Source: Promethearchaeota archaeon
GTDB taxonomy: Archaea; Asgardarchaeota; Lokiarchaeia; Sigyniarchaeales; SOKP01
Length of the DNA stretch: 64,000 bases
Direction of reading: 5' to 3'
NCBI GenBank assembly: GCA_048937405.1
Contig: JBHLNF010000002.1
Location: 32,001 to 96,000, forward strand
Each line of letters opens with the position of its first letter. The first letter of the stretch is position 1. This document shows positions 10,599 through 21,379 of this stretch, in pieces. The position numbers and the translations under genes are program-made. The notes beneath the pieces were generated by a model, which saw only the letters and a program-made list of their open reading frames with translations, was not told the DNA's origin and searched no databases.

Positions 10599-11648
10599 AT
10601 GAGCTCTTTAGAATCTCAACTTTATGAAAAAATTGTAATGAAAAAGAAAGTTTGCGTTTTAGGGGGGATGGAATATTATAAAGATGAATTTCAAAAAGAA
10701 TTGAGTTCTAATACCTTACCCATAGAAAATAAGCAAAATATTGGAGTAAATATTAGTAAAATTGATTTTTTATTTGGAGAAAATGATAGATTTGAGATTC
10801 TTTTATGGAATATTGATTGTAGACAACAAAGAGCTTATTTACGCACAATTTTTTACAATGGTGCTGAAGCGATAATAATACTGATATCTGAATCAAAAGT
10901 GGATCAACTTTTAAGTTATCTTGAAGAAATCCAAACACGTATGCCCCCTATTACTTTAGTTTTCTGTATTATTCTTGAGAAATTCACCAAAAATGAAATT
11001 ATTGATAGATATTTCAAAGAAAAAGATTTTAAATCAAAAATTAAATCATATAATATTAAAATTAGGGAAATATCTAAACCCTCAGACATTTTAGATCAAA
11101 TTTGTTCTAATTTCATAAAAAAGGAGAAACAGAAAGAAATAGATAATACGTATTACATTGATTTTATTCCTTTAAATTTACTTTTCTTTCAATCTGAGGT
11201 TTCTGATGAATGTTATGATTATTTCGAACCTGAAATTCGCAATACCAAAATCAGTCATAAAATAAATATAGAAAAACTCACAAAATACATTTTAAGTCTA
11301 AATTTAAATGTAAAATATGAAGCCCCAAATTGGCTAATAATTGAAAATAAAGTTTTTGGTACTTTTTCCTTATATCTAAAAAATGGAAATATATACTATT
11401 ATCCCAAAAAATGCAAAAATTGTAAGGAGAGCAAGTGTTTGAAAAGAAAAAAGGCGCCCTTTTTCATTTGCATTGAAGCAGGAGAATCAAATGGGTGGAC
11501 GAATATTAAAGGATTTGAAAAAATTGAACTTCTTATCCTATCAAAAATATTTGCTTTAAAGGAAGGAAATGAGGATAATCTTCCAAAATCAGTATTGAAC
11601 CAAATTATCAATATTAATAAATGTGATAAAGAAACTAATGAAAAATGA
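10599..11648 (+). CDS. Degenerate Rab/Ras-like GTPase-fold protein with Cys-rich C-terminal domain
   Basis: KVCVLG, NIGVN, EILLWNI and FYNGAEAIIIL follow the Ras fold, but GxxxxGKT, DxxG and NKxD are absent. Confidence 0.65.
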   Translation: MSSLESQLYEKIVMKKKVCVLGGMEYYKDEFQKELSSNTLPIENKQNIGVNISKIDFLFGENDRFEILLWNIDCRQQRAYLRTIFYNGAEAIIILISESKVDQLLSYLEEIQTRMPPITLVFCIILEKFTKNEIIDRYFKEKDFKSKIKSYNIKIREISKPSDILDQICSNFIKKEKQKEIDNTYYIDFIPLNLLFFQSEVSDECYDYFEPEIRNTKISHKINIEKLTKYILSLNLNVKYEAPNWLIIENKVFGTFSLYLKNGNIYYYPKKCKNCKESKCLKRKKAPFFICIEAGESNGWTNIKGFEKIELLILSKIFALKEGNEDNLPKSVLNQIININKCDKETNEK

Positions 11649-11766
11649 CTGCTGTGGTAAAAACTTTTAATCTCTAGTTCCATTTATTTCTTATTTATTT
11701 TAAAAAAAACAAGCATTAGAATGTAATTACATAGAATTAATATAACAAAGCCAAATTATAAGCATC

Positions 11767-12189
11767 ATGGCAGTCATATTACAAAAATTTGGAATTAAAA
11801 CAAAAGCTTATTGTGACGTAATTAATATTACTCAAGATGTTCAAAATGCTATTAATAAAAGTGGAATTGAAAATGGATTAGTAAATGTTCATGTTGCAGG
11901 TTCTACTGGGGCAATATCAACCACAGAATATGAACCAGGATTGGTAAAACATGATATTAAAAATTTATTAGAAAAACTAATACCATATGATCACGATTAT
12001 GCGCATCATAAAACTTGGCATGATTATAATGGAGCTGGACATTTAAGAAGTTTTCTCATAAAAACAAGCCAAACTTTTCCAATTCAAAAAGGAAATTTAC
12101 TATTAGGCAGCTGGCAAAATATCATTTTCATTGAAAATGATGAAAAAGGAAGATCGCGTACTATATATTGTACTGTGATAGGGGAATGA
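11767..12189 (+). CDS. YjbQ (UPF0047) family protein
   Basis: INIT..V, G.V.V...GST, Y.H, NG..H and LLLG.WQ.I motifs. Confidence 0.9.
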   Translation: MAVILQKFGIKTKAYCDVINITQDVQNAINKSGIENGLVNVHVAGSTGAISTTEYEPGLVKHDIKNLLEKLIPYDHDYAHHKTWHDYNGAGHLRSFLIKTSQTFPIQKGNLLLGSWQNIIFIENDEKGRSRTIYCTVIGE

Positions 12190-12339
12190 AAAAAGATTAT
12201 ATATATTGTATTAATTTGTTAAAATTTTCAGCCACAATTAATCTTCTCATTAATAATCTAAGATTTATAATAATTTTACTTAATTTAAGACCTAGCTTAT
12301 CCTAACCTCTCCTAAATTATCAAAAATAATTTGAAAAAA

Positions 12340-12570
12340 TTATTTTGTTTTAGAATCTTTTATCAACTTATCTAATTCTGCAATTATTATCTGGTATTTG
12401 TCCCGTATACAAATTTCCTCAAATTTTTCAGCAAGATTCACAACAGTTTTATCGAATTGTTTAACCTGCTCAGTGAATACAGGAATTTTTTTAAATGTTT
12501 CATAGCTTTCTTCTTTGAGTCTAATTTGATATTCTAAATTTTGCAAAAATTTATTTTCTACCTCAGTCAA
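12340..12570 (-). CDS. Small hypothetical protein
   Basis: 76-aa ORF with TTG start, preceded by GAGG. Confidence 0.5.
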   Translation of the reverse strand: MTEVENKFLQNLEYQIRLKEESYETFKKIPVFTEQVKQFDKTVVNLAEKFEEICIRDKYQIIIAELDKLIKDSKTK

Positions 12571-12886
12571 AACATCAACCTCTTTTATGAATTATATTAT
12601 TGAGTAAAATCAACCTATCCACTTTTAAAAATATAAATATCATATAAATGTCATCAAATTTACAATACAATTGCTTTTCTTTTTGAAAAATCTCTCAGAA
12701 AATTAATATTGTGACCATAGGAATGATATCTAAATGAGATCTCAATATTATAGTGATCATTATATTTATCAGAGTCAATAAAAAAAATAAAAATCCTTAT
12801 TTTTTATTCACAGAAATTTAAATTTATGTAGATCTATTATTTTATTACATTCAATAAATACTTTAAATAAGTATGAGTTATTCTCA

Positions 12887-13810
12887 ATGGAGTCATTATT
12901 AAAAATTATTGTAAGTGGTCTCGATAATGCAGGGAAGACTTCAATCTTAACAGCATTAGATAAAAAATATGATTTTGAAAAGGATATAGTCCAACTTAAG
13001 CCTACTATTAGAGTGGAATATCATAAAATGAATTTTTTAAGGAATCGGACTGTATTTTGGGACATGGGGGGTCAAGAGACTTACCGTGAGATTTATGTAA
13101 ATTATCAAGATGTTTATTTTGATGCTACAGATCTCCTTATTTACGTAATTGACGTTCAAGATCCAGATCGATTTGATACTTCACTTGAATATTTAAACTC
13201 AATTCTAACATTTTTTTCAGAAAATGAGATGGATGTTCCAATAATCATAACATTTCATAAATTAGATCCCGAGTTAAAAGCTGATGAGAAGATCCTCGCA
13301 AATATTGAAAAATTAAGAGAAAGGATTTTAGAAAAATATCCAAACTTCAATATTTTATTTCAACAATCCTCTATTTATGATATTATTTCAATAGTGCAAT
13401 TAGTTTCATATGGTTTATCTGTGTTTGATAAGAAGTTCTTCGAACTAAGCGAACTTTTGGAATATTATCTGGAAATTTTTAAGAGTCAAGCTCTTATTGT
13501 GTTTGATCATAATGGTATTATTATTTCAGAATATTATAATAATATCGATCCTGATGTATATGTTGAGTTGATAGAATCAATTAAAGAACATCTTTTTTTA
13601 CTTAAACGAATGGAGGAGGAAAAATATGAAGGGAATTTTGATTTTATCGCATCTGAAGGGAAACTATTTTCATATCTACTGAAATTCAAAATTAAATCTG
13701 ATACGTTTTTTGTATCAGCACTCTTGAAAGAAGATTTGAAAACAAAATTTTTTGAGAAATTCCCTGAATTTCTTGATGATTTAACCAAGATTTTAGAGCA
13801 GTTAATGTAA
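12887..13810 (+). CDS. Arf/Rag-like small GTPase with C-terminal roadblock/longin-like domain
   Basis: GLDNAGKTS, PT, WDMGGQ and the Rag-type G4 FHKLD; C-terminal LIVFD.NG.IISE segment. Confidence 0.85.
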   Translation: MESLLKIIVSGLDNAGKTSILTALDKKYDFEKDIVQLKPTIRVEYHKMNFLRNRTVFWDMGGQETYREIYVNYQDVYFDATDLLIYVIDVQDPDRFDTSLEYLNSILTFFSENEMDVPIIITFHKLDPELKADEKILANIEKLRERILEKYPNFNILFQQSSIYDIISIVQLVSYGLSVFDKKFFELSELLEYYLEIFKSQALIVFDHNGIIISEYYNNIDPDVYVELIESIKEHLFLLKRMEEEKYEGNFDFIASEGKLFSYLLKFKIKSDTFFVSALLKEDLKTKFFEKFPEFLDDLTKILEQLM

Positions 13811-13845
13811 ATGAGTTACTAACAAAATAGCATTTAAATAAATGC

Positions 13846-14868
13846 TTATTTTAGAAGTGATTTGAAATTTGATTTTTTAAAATATGTAAACGCACGTTTA
13901 CCTGCTGTAATTTGCAGCTCAGATATGATTTCATTCAATACTTTAAAAAACTGGTATTCCTGAAGATTGGAATCAACTTTCATTCTAATAATATAGGCAG
14001 ATTTGTTAGTTTTGGGTACTTTTACTCTCATATAACCTCCAGGAGTGTATAAATCATCAGTTTTTATCTCTAATTTAGCATTTAACCCAAATTGTGCTAA
14101 AATGTTGAAGTATATCTGCCATGCTTCTTCATTACTCGGAAGTGATATTGGTTTTCGATTCTCATAAAGAGTAGCACTATCAATTATTAAGTCAGTCTCC
14201 TTAATTTTTCCAAATAATCCGAGAATCCAAATGAATCTCCACAGAAAATCTTTTCTTAACAAATAATTTTCATACCCTGCGACAGTATCGATACCTTTAA
14301 CACCTAAATTAGAATTAGCAATTTCAACCAATTTATTGTATATTCGATTAAAATTACTATTCTTAAATTCCCCCTTTAATATTGTAATGTTAGTTTTTTT
14401 AGATATGAGCTTTGGATCTTTAATTTGATTATCCTTCAGTTCACTACGGATTTTCCCGAGATTTGTCATAAAATCAAACATCTTAATATAATGATCGTAA
14501 GTGTCATCATCGATATCACTTTCTATTTTTTCTGATATTTTTTCCCTTGTAAAATCATTTCTAGCTACGGTATTTGCACATGGGAATCTACTACAATAAG
14601 CACAATTCTTAATTTCATTATATTCTCCACACTTTCTTGTACGACATTTTTTTAGTAAATTAAAAAAAGGATGTTTTGGTAATTCTTCATTTGGAGTTAA
14701 ACAACCAACACAACCTTCCCATTCGTAATTTACTGGTTTAAACCCAGTATATTTCTTCACTTTTTCAGAATATCCCTCCCAATCCTCTTTATTGATTTTC
14801 TTACGCATGTACATAGACCAAGGGCATTCAGAACATAAATAACCGCATCGTGAGATTATCTGATTCAT
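13846..14868 (-). CDS. DUF3795-like Cys-rich domain protein
   Basis: SRCG..C..CP, C.GC, C..R.C and NCA.C..FPC pattern. Confidence 0.7.
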   Translation of the reverse strand: MNQIISRCGYLCSECPWSMYMRKKINKEDWEGYSEKVKKYTGFKPVNYEWEGCVGCLTPNEELPKHPFFNLLKKCRTRKCGEYNEIKNCAYCSRFPCANTVARNDFTREKISEKIESDIDDDTYDHYIKMFDFMTNLGKIRSELKDNQIKDPKLISKKTNITILKGEFKNSNFNRIYNKLVEIANSNLGVKGIDTVAGYENYLLRKDFLWRFIWILGLFGKIKETDLIIDSATLYENRKPISLPSNEEAWQIYFNILAQFGLNAKLEIKTDDLYTPGGYMRVKVPKTNKSAYIIRMKVDSNLQEYQFFKVLNEIISELQITAGKRAFTYFKKSNFKSLLK

Positions 14869-15046
14869 AATTATTTCACTGTGATTATTTAATCTCCTTT
14901 ACATTTTAAACAATAACAAACTTAAGATTTTTCAATTTATTTAAAAAATTCTGAAATTTATATTCAAATTTTTGTAAAGCGAAGTTTATGCTTATTTACT
15001 TAATCGATATATTAATCTAGGGTAAAGTAATAGAAACAAAATACTA

Positions 15047-16159
15047 TTAATCAATATTTAAAAGAGATCGAGCAATATCAATCGACTTTTCTTTTTTCTT
15101 TTGATGTTCTTTTATAAATTTCAATACTTTTTCGACACATTCACGTTTATGATCACCGCACATTAATTCTCCTTTAACGCACATTTCGAAGTCTTTAGCT
15201 AACTTATCATCATCTTCTTCAAAATGATACATAAGCATTTTATAAATCATGCACTTCTGTGGCTCACCACCTAATTCTTTTTGTTCTTTTAGATTTTTTC
15301 TGCCCCCAGTAAGTGCTCCTTTCACTTTTTTTTCAATTGATTCCAACGATTCATTAAATGTAAAGTAACTATTAGGATGTCTTTTAGCCATTTTTTCAGA
15401 TCCATCAATTCCCGCTAATAAATAATGATAAGTAGCACCAGGTAAGAAGAAATTCTTATAATTCCTGCGAGTTAAATCTCTAGTAAGACGTAAATGAGGA
15501 TCCTGATCAATTCCTACTGGTACTAATGTTGGTTGTGGACCGTCTAGAACCTGTGGTAAAACGATATCTCCAACTTGAATTAATGATGAGAGATAAAGCC
15601 CAAATGTTCGTTCACCATAAATTGCATTTAACATATTTTGAGTTACTAGTCTACTCACCTTAAAACATACTTCTTGGACAATGGATTCTTTTGACTGTCT
15701 CCAAATGTAAGCTTTTTCTGGAGAAGGGTCTAAACCAAGAGCTATTATGTCTGCAAGATTATCTACTGCAGTTTCTTCTGCTTCATCCCATGGAATTCCA
15801 TTATCTTCCCAGCTTTCAATATCTGCTATCCCATAATATGCTTTTGCTCCCATTTTTTGAAATTCCACGATCTCTAAAGCCGTAGTTGACGTTCCTAAAT
15901 GAAAAGGTCCAGAAGGCTTAATTCCACTCATTACAGCCCAAGGTTGATTTTTTTCCATTGCTTTAAAAATGAGTCCCAAATCTCGATGTCCGAATATAAT
16001 TTTCCGACGGATAAAACGATTCTCATTCAACTTTAACCTTAAAGTATCTGTAACTTCCTCGATCCCAAATTCTCGGATTAGTTTATCATAATCATCCTCT
16101 AACAACGATGTAGATCCCCAAGGATCTATTTTAAAATCGTCATCCATGCTTTTATTCAC
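15047..16159 (-). CDS. trpS: Tryptophan--tRNA ligase
   Basis: IDPW, PSGPFHLG, PVGIDQDPH.RLTRD, KMAK and ALTGGR motifs. Confidence 0.95.
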   Translation of the reverse strand: MNKSMDDDFKIDPWGSTSLLEDDYDKLIREFGIEEVTDTLRLKLNENRFIRRKIIFGHRDLGLIFKAMEKNQPWAVMSGIKPSGPFHLGTSTTALEIVEFQKMGAKAYYGIADIESWEDNGIPWDEAEETAVDNLADIIALGLDPSPEKAYIWRQSKESIVQEVCFKVSRLVTQNMLNAIYGERTFGLYLSSLIQVGDIVLPQVLDGPQPTLVPVGIDQDPHLRLTRDLTRRNYKNFFLPGATYHYLLAGIDGSEKMAKRHPNSYFTFNESLESIEKKVKGALTGGRKNLKEQKELGGEPQKCMIYKMLMYHFEEDDDKLAKDFEMCVKGELMCGDHKRECVEKVLKFIKEHQKKKEKSIDIARSLLNID

Positions 16160-16337
16160 TCTTTTCTTAACATTTGATATAAAAAATATATAAAGGAAAA
16201 TAAATTTGATACATTTTCAAAAGGATTAAAAAAACAAGCTATAACTTTGTTAAAAAATTTTCAATAAAAATAAGATTTTTCTAAACTTTTATATATTTCT
16301 CAAAATAAATTATATTGATCGCACTTTTATTTTAAAG

Positions 16338-16811
16338 TTGGTTCATAAAATGAAAAAAGAGAAGATCCTCGATGAAATTGATAGAAATATTCTTAGAATA
16401 CTACAAGAGGATGCTCGAACGAGTTACCGCGAGATTCAGGATAAATTAGGAATCTCAATTGGTACTATACATAACCGCATCACTAAATTAAAGAAGAATG
16501 GAGTGATTGAGGGATATACTTTACGTTTAAGCAATGAAAAACTTGGCTATAAATTATCCTTCTTGATTAGAATCGACTGTGATGGTAAATTTACTGAAGA
16601 AATCTTAAGTGAAATTGCTAAAATCCCTGAAGTTTGTAGCATTTTCCATACAACTGGTGACCAATCTGCTGCTCTAATTTGTAGATTTAAAGAATCGGAA
16701 GACGTCCATAACTTTATTCGAAATTTAAATCAAAGAAAATATATTTCGAGAACTAATTCGAATATGATTTTAAAGGAATACAAAAACAGTTCATACGTAG
16801 AATTTCAATAG
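16338..16811 (+). CDS. Lrp/AsnC family transcriptional regulator
   Basis: LDEIDR.IL..LQ.DAR and RI.KL...GVI.GY motifs. Confidence 0.92.
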   Translation: MVHKMKKEKILDEIDRNILRILQEDARTSYREIQDKLGISIGTIHNRITKLKKNGVIEGYTLRLSNEKLGYKLSFLIRIDCDGKFTEEILSEIAKIPEVCSIFHTTGDQSAALICRFKESEDVHNFIRNLNQRKYISRTNSNMILKEYKNSSYVEFQ

Positions 16812-16973
16812 TATATTTTTAATATCTTATTTTTAGAAAATACAATTATAGAATTATCTCTTTATTAACGTTTTTAATGAAATAAAGAAAACTTTTTTAA
16901 TTTTTATGATTTAGAGATCATTAAATAATCTGAATCATCAATCAATAATTTATTATAAAAATGTGAAAAAAAA

Positions 16974-18563
16974 ATGAGTAATGTTCCAATAATCATATTA
17001 AAAGAAGGTACAGAAGAGGTTCGTGAAAAAGAAGCTCGAAAACAAAATATCACAGCTATGGTTGCAATAGCGGAAACTATCCGATCAACCCTTGGTCCAA
17101 AGGGTATGTCGAAAATGTTAGTTGACTCTATGGGAGACGTGACTATTACCAATGATGGAGCAGAAATTTTATCTAATTTGGATATCGAAAATATAGCAGC
17201 AAACATGATGGTCAATGTCGCAAAATCCATTGATGATGATATTGGTGATGGTACCACATCAGTAGTAATCTTTTCTGCTGCTTTATTAAATAATGCCTTA
17301 GAATTGATTGAACAAGATATTCATCCAAAACCTATTATACATGGATATAAAATCGCAGCTGATAAAGCCCTTAAGATAATCAGTGAAATTGCTGTGAAAA
17401 TTTCGAGTGAAGATAATGAAGTTCTAAAAAATGCTGCTAAAACAGCTATGAATGCAAAGGATATTTCCCCATTAAAAGACTTTTTTGCAGATTTGGCCCT
17501 TAGAGCTGTTAAACATATTGCTGATGAAGATGAAAAAACGTTTTCAAAAGTAGGTAATGTTAAAATTGTAAAAGCTCCAGGGAAATCGCTTAGAGAGACA
17601 GAATTGATCAATGGGGTATATACACAAAAGGAAAAGGTTAATACTATGATGCCTGATCAAATAAAGAATGCAAAAATCGCGGTTATTAGGAGAAAATTAG
17701 ATGTAAAGAAAACTGAATTTGATGCTCAAGTTAGAATTTCTAGTCCTTCAGAGATACAAAAATTCCTAGATCAAGAAGAGAAAATACTGTTAAATTACTT
17801 GAAAATTTTTAAAGATTTAGGAGTAAATATGATTGTAAATAGTAGTGATATCTCTGATAAATTTGGTGCTTTCTTAGCTAAGGAAGGAATAGCGGGAATT
17901 AAAAGTGTAGGTGAAAGTGATTATAAATCAATTATGAAGGCAGTTGGTGCTAATCTTGTAGATGATTTAACATCACTATCAGAAAATGATTTGGGTTTTG
18001 CCGAAAAAATCTTATTTGAAAAAATAGGTGATGATGAGTATACTTTATTTTCTGGGTGTAAAAATCCAAAATCTGTATCTATTTTACTTAAAGGTGGGCT
18101 TGATAAGATACTAAGTACTGCTGAAGTTTCTTTACACGACGTATTATGCGTCATTGCCAAAATCCTTGACACTAAAATGGTTGTGGCAGGTGGAGGTGCA
18201 ATTTTTATTGAACTTGCAAAAAGAATTAGAGATTACGCAAATGAAATTGGTGGTAAAGAACAACTTGCGGTAAACGCTTTTGCTTTAGCACTTGAAGAAA
18301 TCCCAAAAACATTAATAAAAAATGCTGGACTAGAAGAAATTGAAAAATTAACCGAGTTAAGAGCAGCACATAAAACAACAGATGATAAATGGATTGGGAT
18401 CGACACTATAACTAACACAATTGGAAATAATTTTAAAAAAGGAATAGTCGAACCCGCCGAATTAATTAACCATATTATTAAATCTGGTAGTGAATTAGCA
18501 AATCTTATCTTGAGAGTAGACAGAATCATAAGTGCTAAAGGTACTAAACCAGAAGGATTATAA
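16974..18563 (+). CDS. ths: Thermosome (group II chaperonin) subunit
   Basis: LGPKGM.KM, TNDG, GDGTT and VAGGGA motifs. Confidence 0.95.
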   Translation: MSNVPIIILKEGTEEVREKEARKQNITAMVAIAETIRSTLGPKGMSKMLVDSMGDVTITNDGAEILSNLDIENIAANMMVNVAKSIDDDIGDGTTSVVIFSAALLNNALELIEQDIHPKPIIHGYKIAADKALKIISEIAVKISSEDNEVLKNAAKTAMNAKDISPLKDFFADLALRAVKHIADEDEKTFSKVGNVKIVKAPGKSLRETELINGVYTQKEKVNTMMPDQIKNAKIAVIRRKLDVKKTEFDAQVRISSPSEIQKFLDQEEKILLNYLKIFKDLGVNMIVNSSDISDKFGAFLAKEGIAGIKSVGESDYKSIMKAVGANLVDDLTSLSENDLGFAEKILFEKIGDDEYTLFSGCKNPKSVSILLKGGLDKILSTAEVSLHDVLCVIAKILDTKMVVAGGGAIFIELAKRIRDYANEIGGKEQLAVNAFALALEEIPKTLIKNAGLEEIEKLTELRAAHKTTDDKWIGIDTITNTIGNNFKKGIVEPAELINHIIKSGSELANLILRVDRIISAKGTKPEGL

Positions 18564-18787
18564 TAATTATAACGAAGTCATTTTTATTTCTTCTTTTTTA
18601 TTCTCTTTTTATGTAATATTTTCGGAAATCCATATCTTTGTTATTTTAATTTTATTAAATCTAAAATAATCTCTTGGAAATCTGAAAGGATAAAAAAGGT
18701 AAAATTATAAAAAGCTAATACTTTTCTAATAAACATCATTAATCAGTATCAATTAATTCTATTATAAAAGGCTCTAAATAAGGTAAA

Positions 18788-20665
18788 ATGGAAGTTATCG
18801 ATAAAAAAAATCTTGATAAATTAAAAGATCTTAATAATAGTCGTGTCTTAAAAATCGTGAATGAGTTTATTACGTTATGTAAACCCTCTAAAGTCTCAGT
18901 TATAACAGATTCTAAAGAAGATATAGATTATGTGAGAAACAGAGCTATTGAACTTGGAGAAGAAGCAAAATTAAACTTGGAAGGACATACCATCCATTAT
19001 GATGGATTTTTTTCAATGGTTAATCATGATCAAGCTAGAGATATTGAACATACTCAAGTGCTTGTGCCTAAAGATGAATTAGACTTATATCCATGGATAA
19101 ATACCATGGAAAGAGAACAAGGTTTAAAAGAAATCTTGGAAATAATGGATGGTTGTATGGAAGGTCATGAATGTGTTGTTCGCTTTTTCTGTCTAGGACC
19201 AAAAAAATCCAAATTTTCAATCCTTGCACTTCAATTGACTGACTCATTTTATGTTGCACATAGTGAAGATCTATTATATAGAGCGGGTTATGAGGAATTC
19301 AAAAATTTGAGTAAATCTGATGATTTTTTCTATTTTATCCATTCTTCTGGGGAATTAACTGGTGATCCACCAGTTACCAAAAATCTCGAGAAAAGGAGAA
19401 TTTATATAGATTTAAAAGAAGGAAGTGTACTTTCGGTAAATAATCAGTATGCTGGAAATTCACTAGGATTAAAAAAACTTGCTTTACGTTTAGGGATTTA
19501 TAAAGCTAATAACGAAGATTGGCTAACTGAGCATTATTTTATAATGGGGGTCCATCCAAAAGGAAAGAACAGAATCTCATTTTTCTGTGGGGCATTTCCT
19601 TCTGCATGTGGCAAAACCAGCACTGCTATGTTACCAGGGCAAACTATAGTAGGTGATGATATTGCGTACCTTCGAGTTTGGGAAGATGGCTATGCTCATT
19701 CAGTAAACATTGAGAGAGGAATATTTGGAATAATTAAGGATGTTAATGCTAAAGATGATCCTGTTATATTTGATGCTCTGACAACACCCCGAGAAACTAT
19801 CTTTTCTAATGTTCTAATTAAAGATGGAGCACCGTATTGGATAGGGGATGGGAGAACAATTCCAGATGAGGGATTTAATTTTTCAGGTAATTGGAAAAAG
19901 GGAAAAAAGGATGAAAATGGGACAGAAATTCCCCTTGCTCATCCAAATGCTCGGTATACAATCCGTATTGAAGAATTAGATAATGCTGATCCTAACCTCC
20001 ATGATCCGGATGGAGTACCTGTCCATGGAATTTTATATGGAGGTCGCGACAGCGATACAATGCCCCCAGTAATTGAAAGCCTCAATTGGGAACATGGTGT
20101 TTTTTTAGGGGCTTCAATTGAATCAGAAACTACTTCTGCTACCCTTGGTGCCGAAGGAGTTAGAAAACAACAACCTATGGCCAATTTAGATTTTATGGTG
20201 GTTCCTTTAGGAAAATATATAGAAAACCATAAAAAATTTGGAATTAGGCTAGATTATTGTCCAAAAGTTTTTGCCACTAACTATTTTCTTAAAAATAAAC
20301 AGGGCAAGTATTTAAATGGAATTTTAGATAAACTTTGTTGGGTAATATGGGCAGAAGGGCGGGTTAATGGTGATTTTCAGGCTATTAAAACAGTAATTGG
20401 TTATATTCCAGAATATTCAGATTTAAAAATACTTTTTAAAGAATATCTTGATAAAGAATATAAGGAAAAAGACTATATTAAGCAATTTTCTATTAGACCT
20501 AATAAGCTTCTCGATAAATTGGATCGTATTGAAATAATGTATAAGAAAGAAAAAGATATGCCTAAATTTTTCTGGAATATACTTAAAAATCTAAGATCAA
20601 ATCTAAAAGATTTGAAAAAAGAGTATAATGGTGAGGAAATTTCTCCTTTATCATTTAAAAAATAA
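18788..20665 (+). CDS. pckG: Phosphoenolpyruvate carboxykinase (GTP)
   Basis: GAFPSACGKTS, VGDDIA, HPNARY and GGRD motifs. Confidence 0.95.
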   Translation: MEVIDKKNLDKLKDLNNSRVLKIVNEFITLCKPSKVSVITDSKEDIDYVRNRAIELGEEAKLNLEGHTIHYDGFFSMVNHDQARDIEHTQVLVPKDELDLYPWINTMEREQGLKEILEIMDGCMEGHECVVRFFCLGPKKSKFSILALQLTDSFYVAHSEDLLYRAGYEEFKNLSKSDDFFYFIHSSGELTGDPPVTKNLEKRRIYIDLKEGSVLSVNNQYAGNSLGLKKLALRLGIYKANNEDWLTEHYFIMGVHPKGKNRISFFCGAFPSACGKTSTAMLPGQTIVGDDIAYLRVWEDGYAHSVNIERGIFGIIKDVNAKDDPVIFDALTTPRETIFSNVLIKDGAPYWIGDGRTIPDEGFNFSGNWKKGKKDENGTEIPLAHPNARYTIRIEELDNADPNLHDPDGVPVHGILYGGRDSDTMPPVIESLNWEHGVFLGASIESETTSATLGAEGVRKQQPMANLDFMVVPLGKYIENHKKFGIRLDYCPKVFATNYFLKNKQGKYLNGILDKLCWVIWAEGRVNGDFQAIKTVIGYIPEYSDLKILFKEYLDKEYKEKDYIKQFSIRPNKLLDKLDRIEIMYKKEKDMPKFFWNILKNLRSNLKDLKKEYNGEEISPLSFKK

Positions 20666-20683
20666 TTTATTTTAAAAAAATAA

Positions 20684-21379
20684 TCAGATTAGGTATTTCA
20701 TCCCACTTCTTACCTTATAAACTTTATTTATTCTGTCCACTTCAATAAAACGTTTAATCTCTAAGTTATTTAATAAATCTCGCATTTGAACTTTATCTTT
20801 TTTTAATTCTCGAGCCAATCCCTCAATATCATTTTCATAAGTACGAAGTGTTTGTAGTAATGTTGAATATTCTTCATAAATATGATTTACCAAATAAGTG
20901 ATTGATTCTCTTATATTCATTCCAGTTTTAGTACTTGTAGGAAAGATTTTACTATCTTCAGGTAAATAATTTTGAGCTTGAATAACTTCTGGAGATCTTG
21001 CACCTTCGACATCCTGCTTATTTGCTAAAAATACCACTGGAGTATTAGAAGGTAATAACTTTCGAATAGAATTTAAGATTACGATAGCACTATCATCTTT
21101 TTCTGGAGCAACGGCATCAAAAATAAATACTATACCATCCGAACCATTAGTAACTATATTTCTCATTATTGAGAATCGTAAAAGTCCTGGAGTACCAAAT
21201 AAATAGCAATCAAATCCATTTAACTTTATACTTCCAAGATCCATCCCCACTGTATAAAATTTCTCGTCCTTTCCTTTTGCTTCTACATTCAAAGCATTTG
21301 GATCTAATGCTTTAATATAGCTTGATTTACCTGATTGTAATGGACCAGAAACTAGAATTTTTATAACCGTTTCACCAAT
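20684..21379 (-). CDS. MglA/Arf-like small GTPase with C-terminal winged-helix-like tail; extended 29 codons beyond the ORF-track start
   Basis: The in-frame upstream sequence IGETVIKILVSGPLQSGKSSYIKALDPNAL supplies the P-loop. TVGMDLG, GTPG and ANKQD follow. Confidence 0.85.
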   Translation of the reverse strand: MGETVIKILVSGPLQSGKSSYIKALDPNALNVEAKGKDEKFYTVGMDLGSIKLNGFDCYLFGTPGLLRFSIMRNIVTNGSDGIVFIFDAVAPEKDDSAIVILNSIRKLLPSNTPVVFLANKQDVEGARSPEVIQAQNYLPEDSKIFPTSTKTGMNIRESITYLVNHIYEEYSTLLQTLRTYENDIEGLARELKKDKVQMRDLLNNLEIKRFIEVDRINKVYKVRSGMKYLI

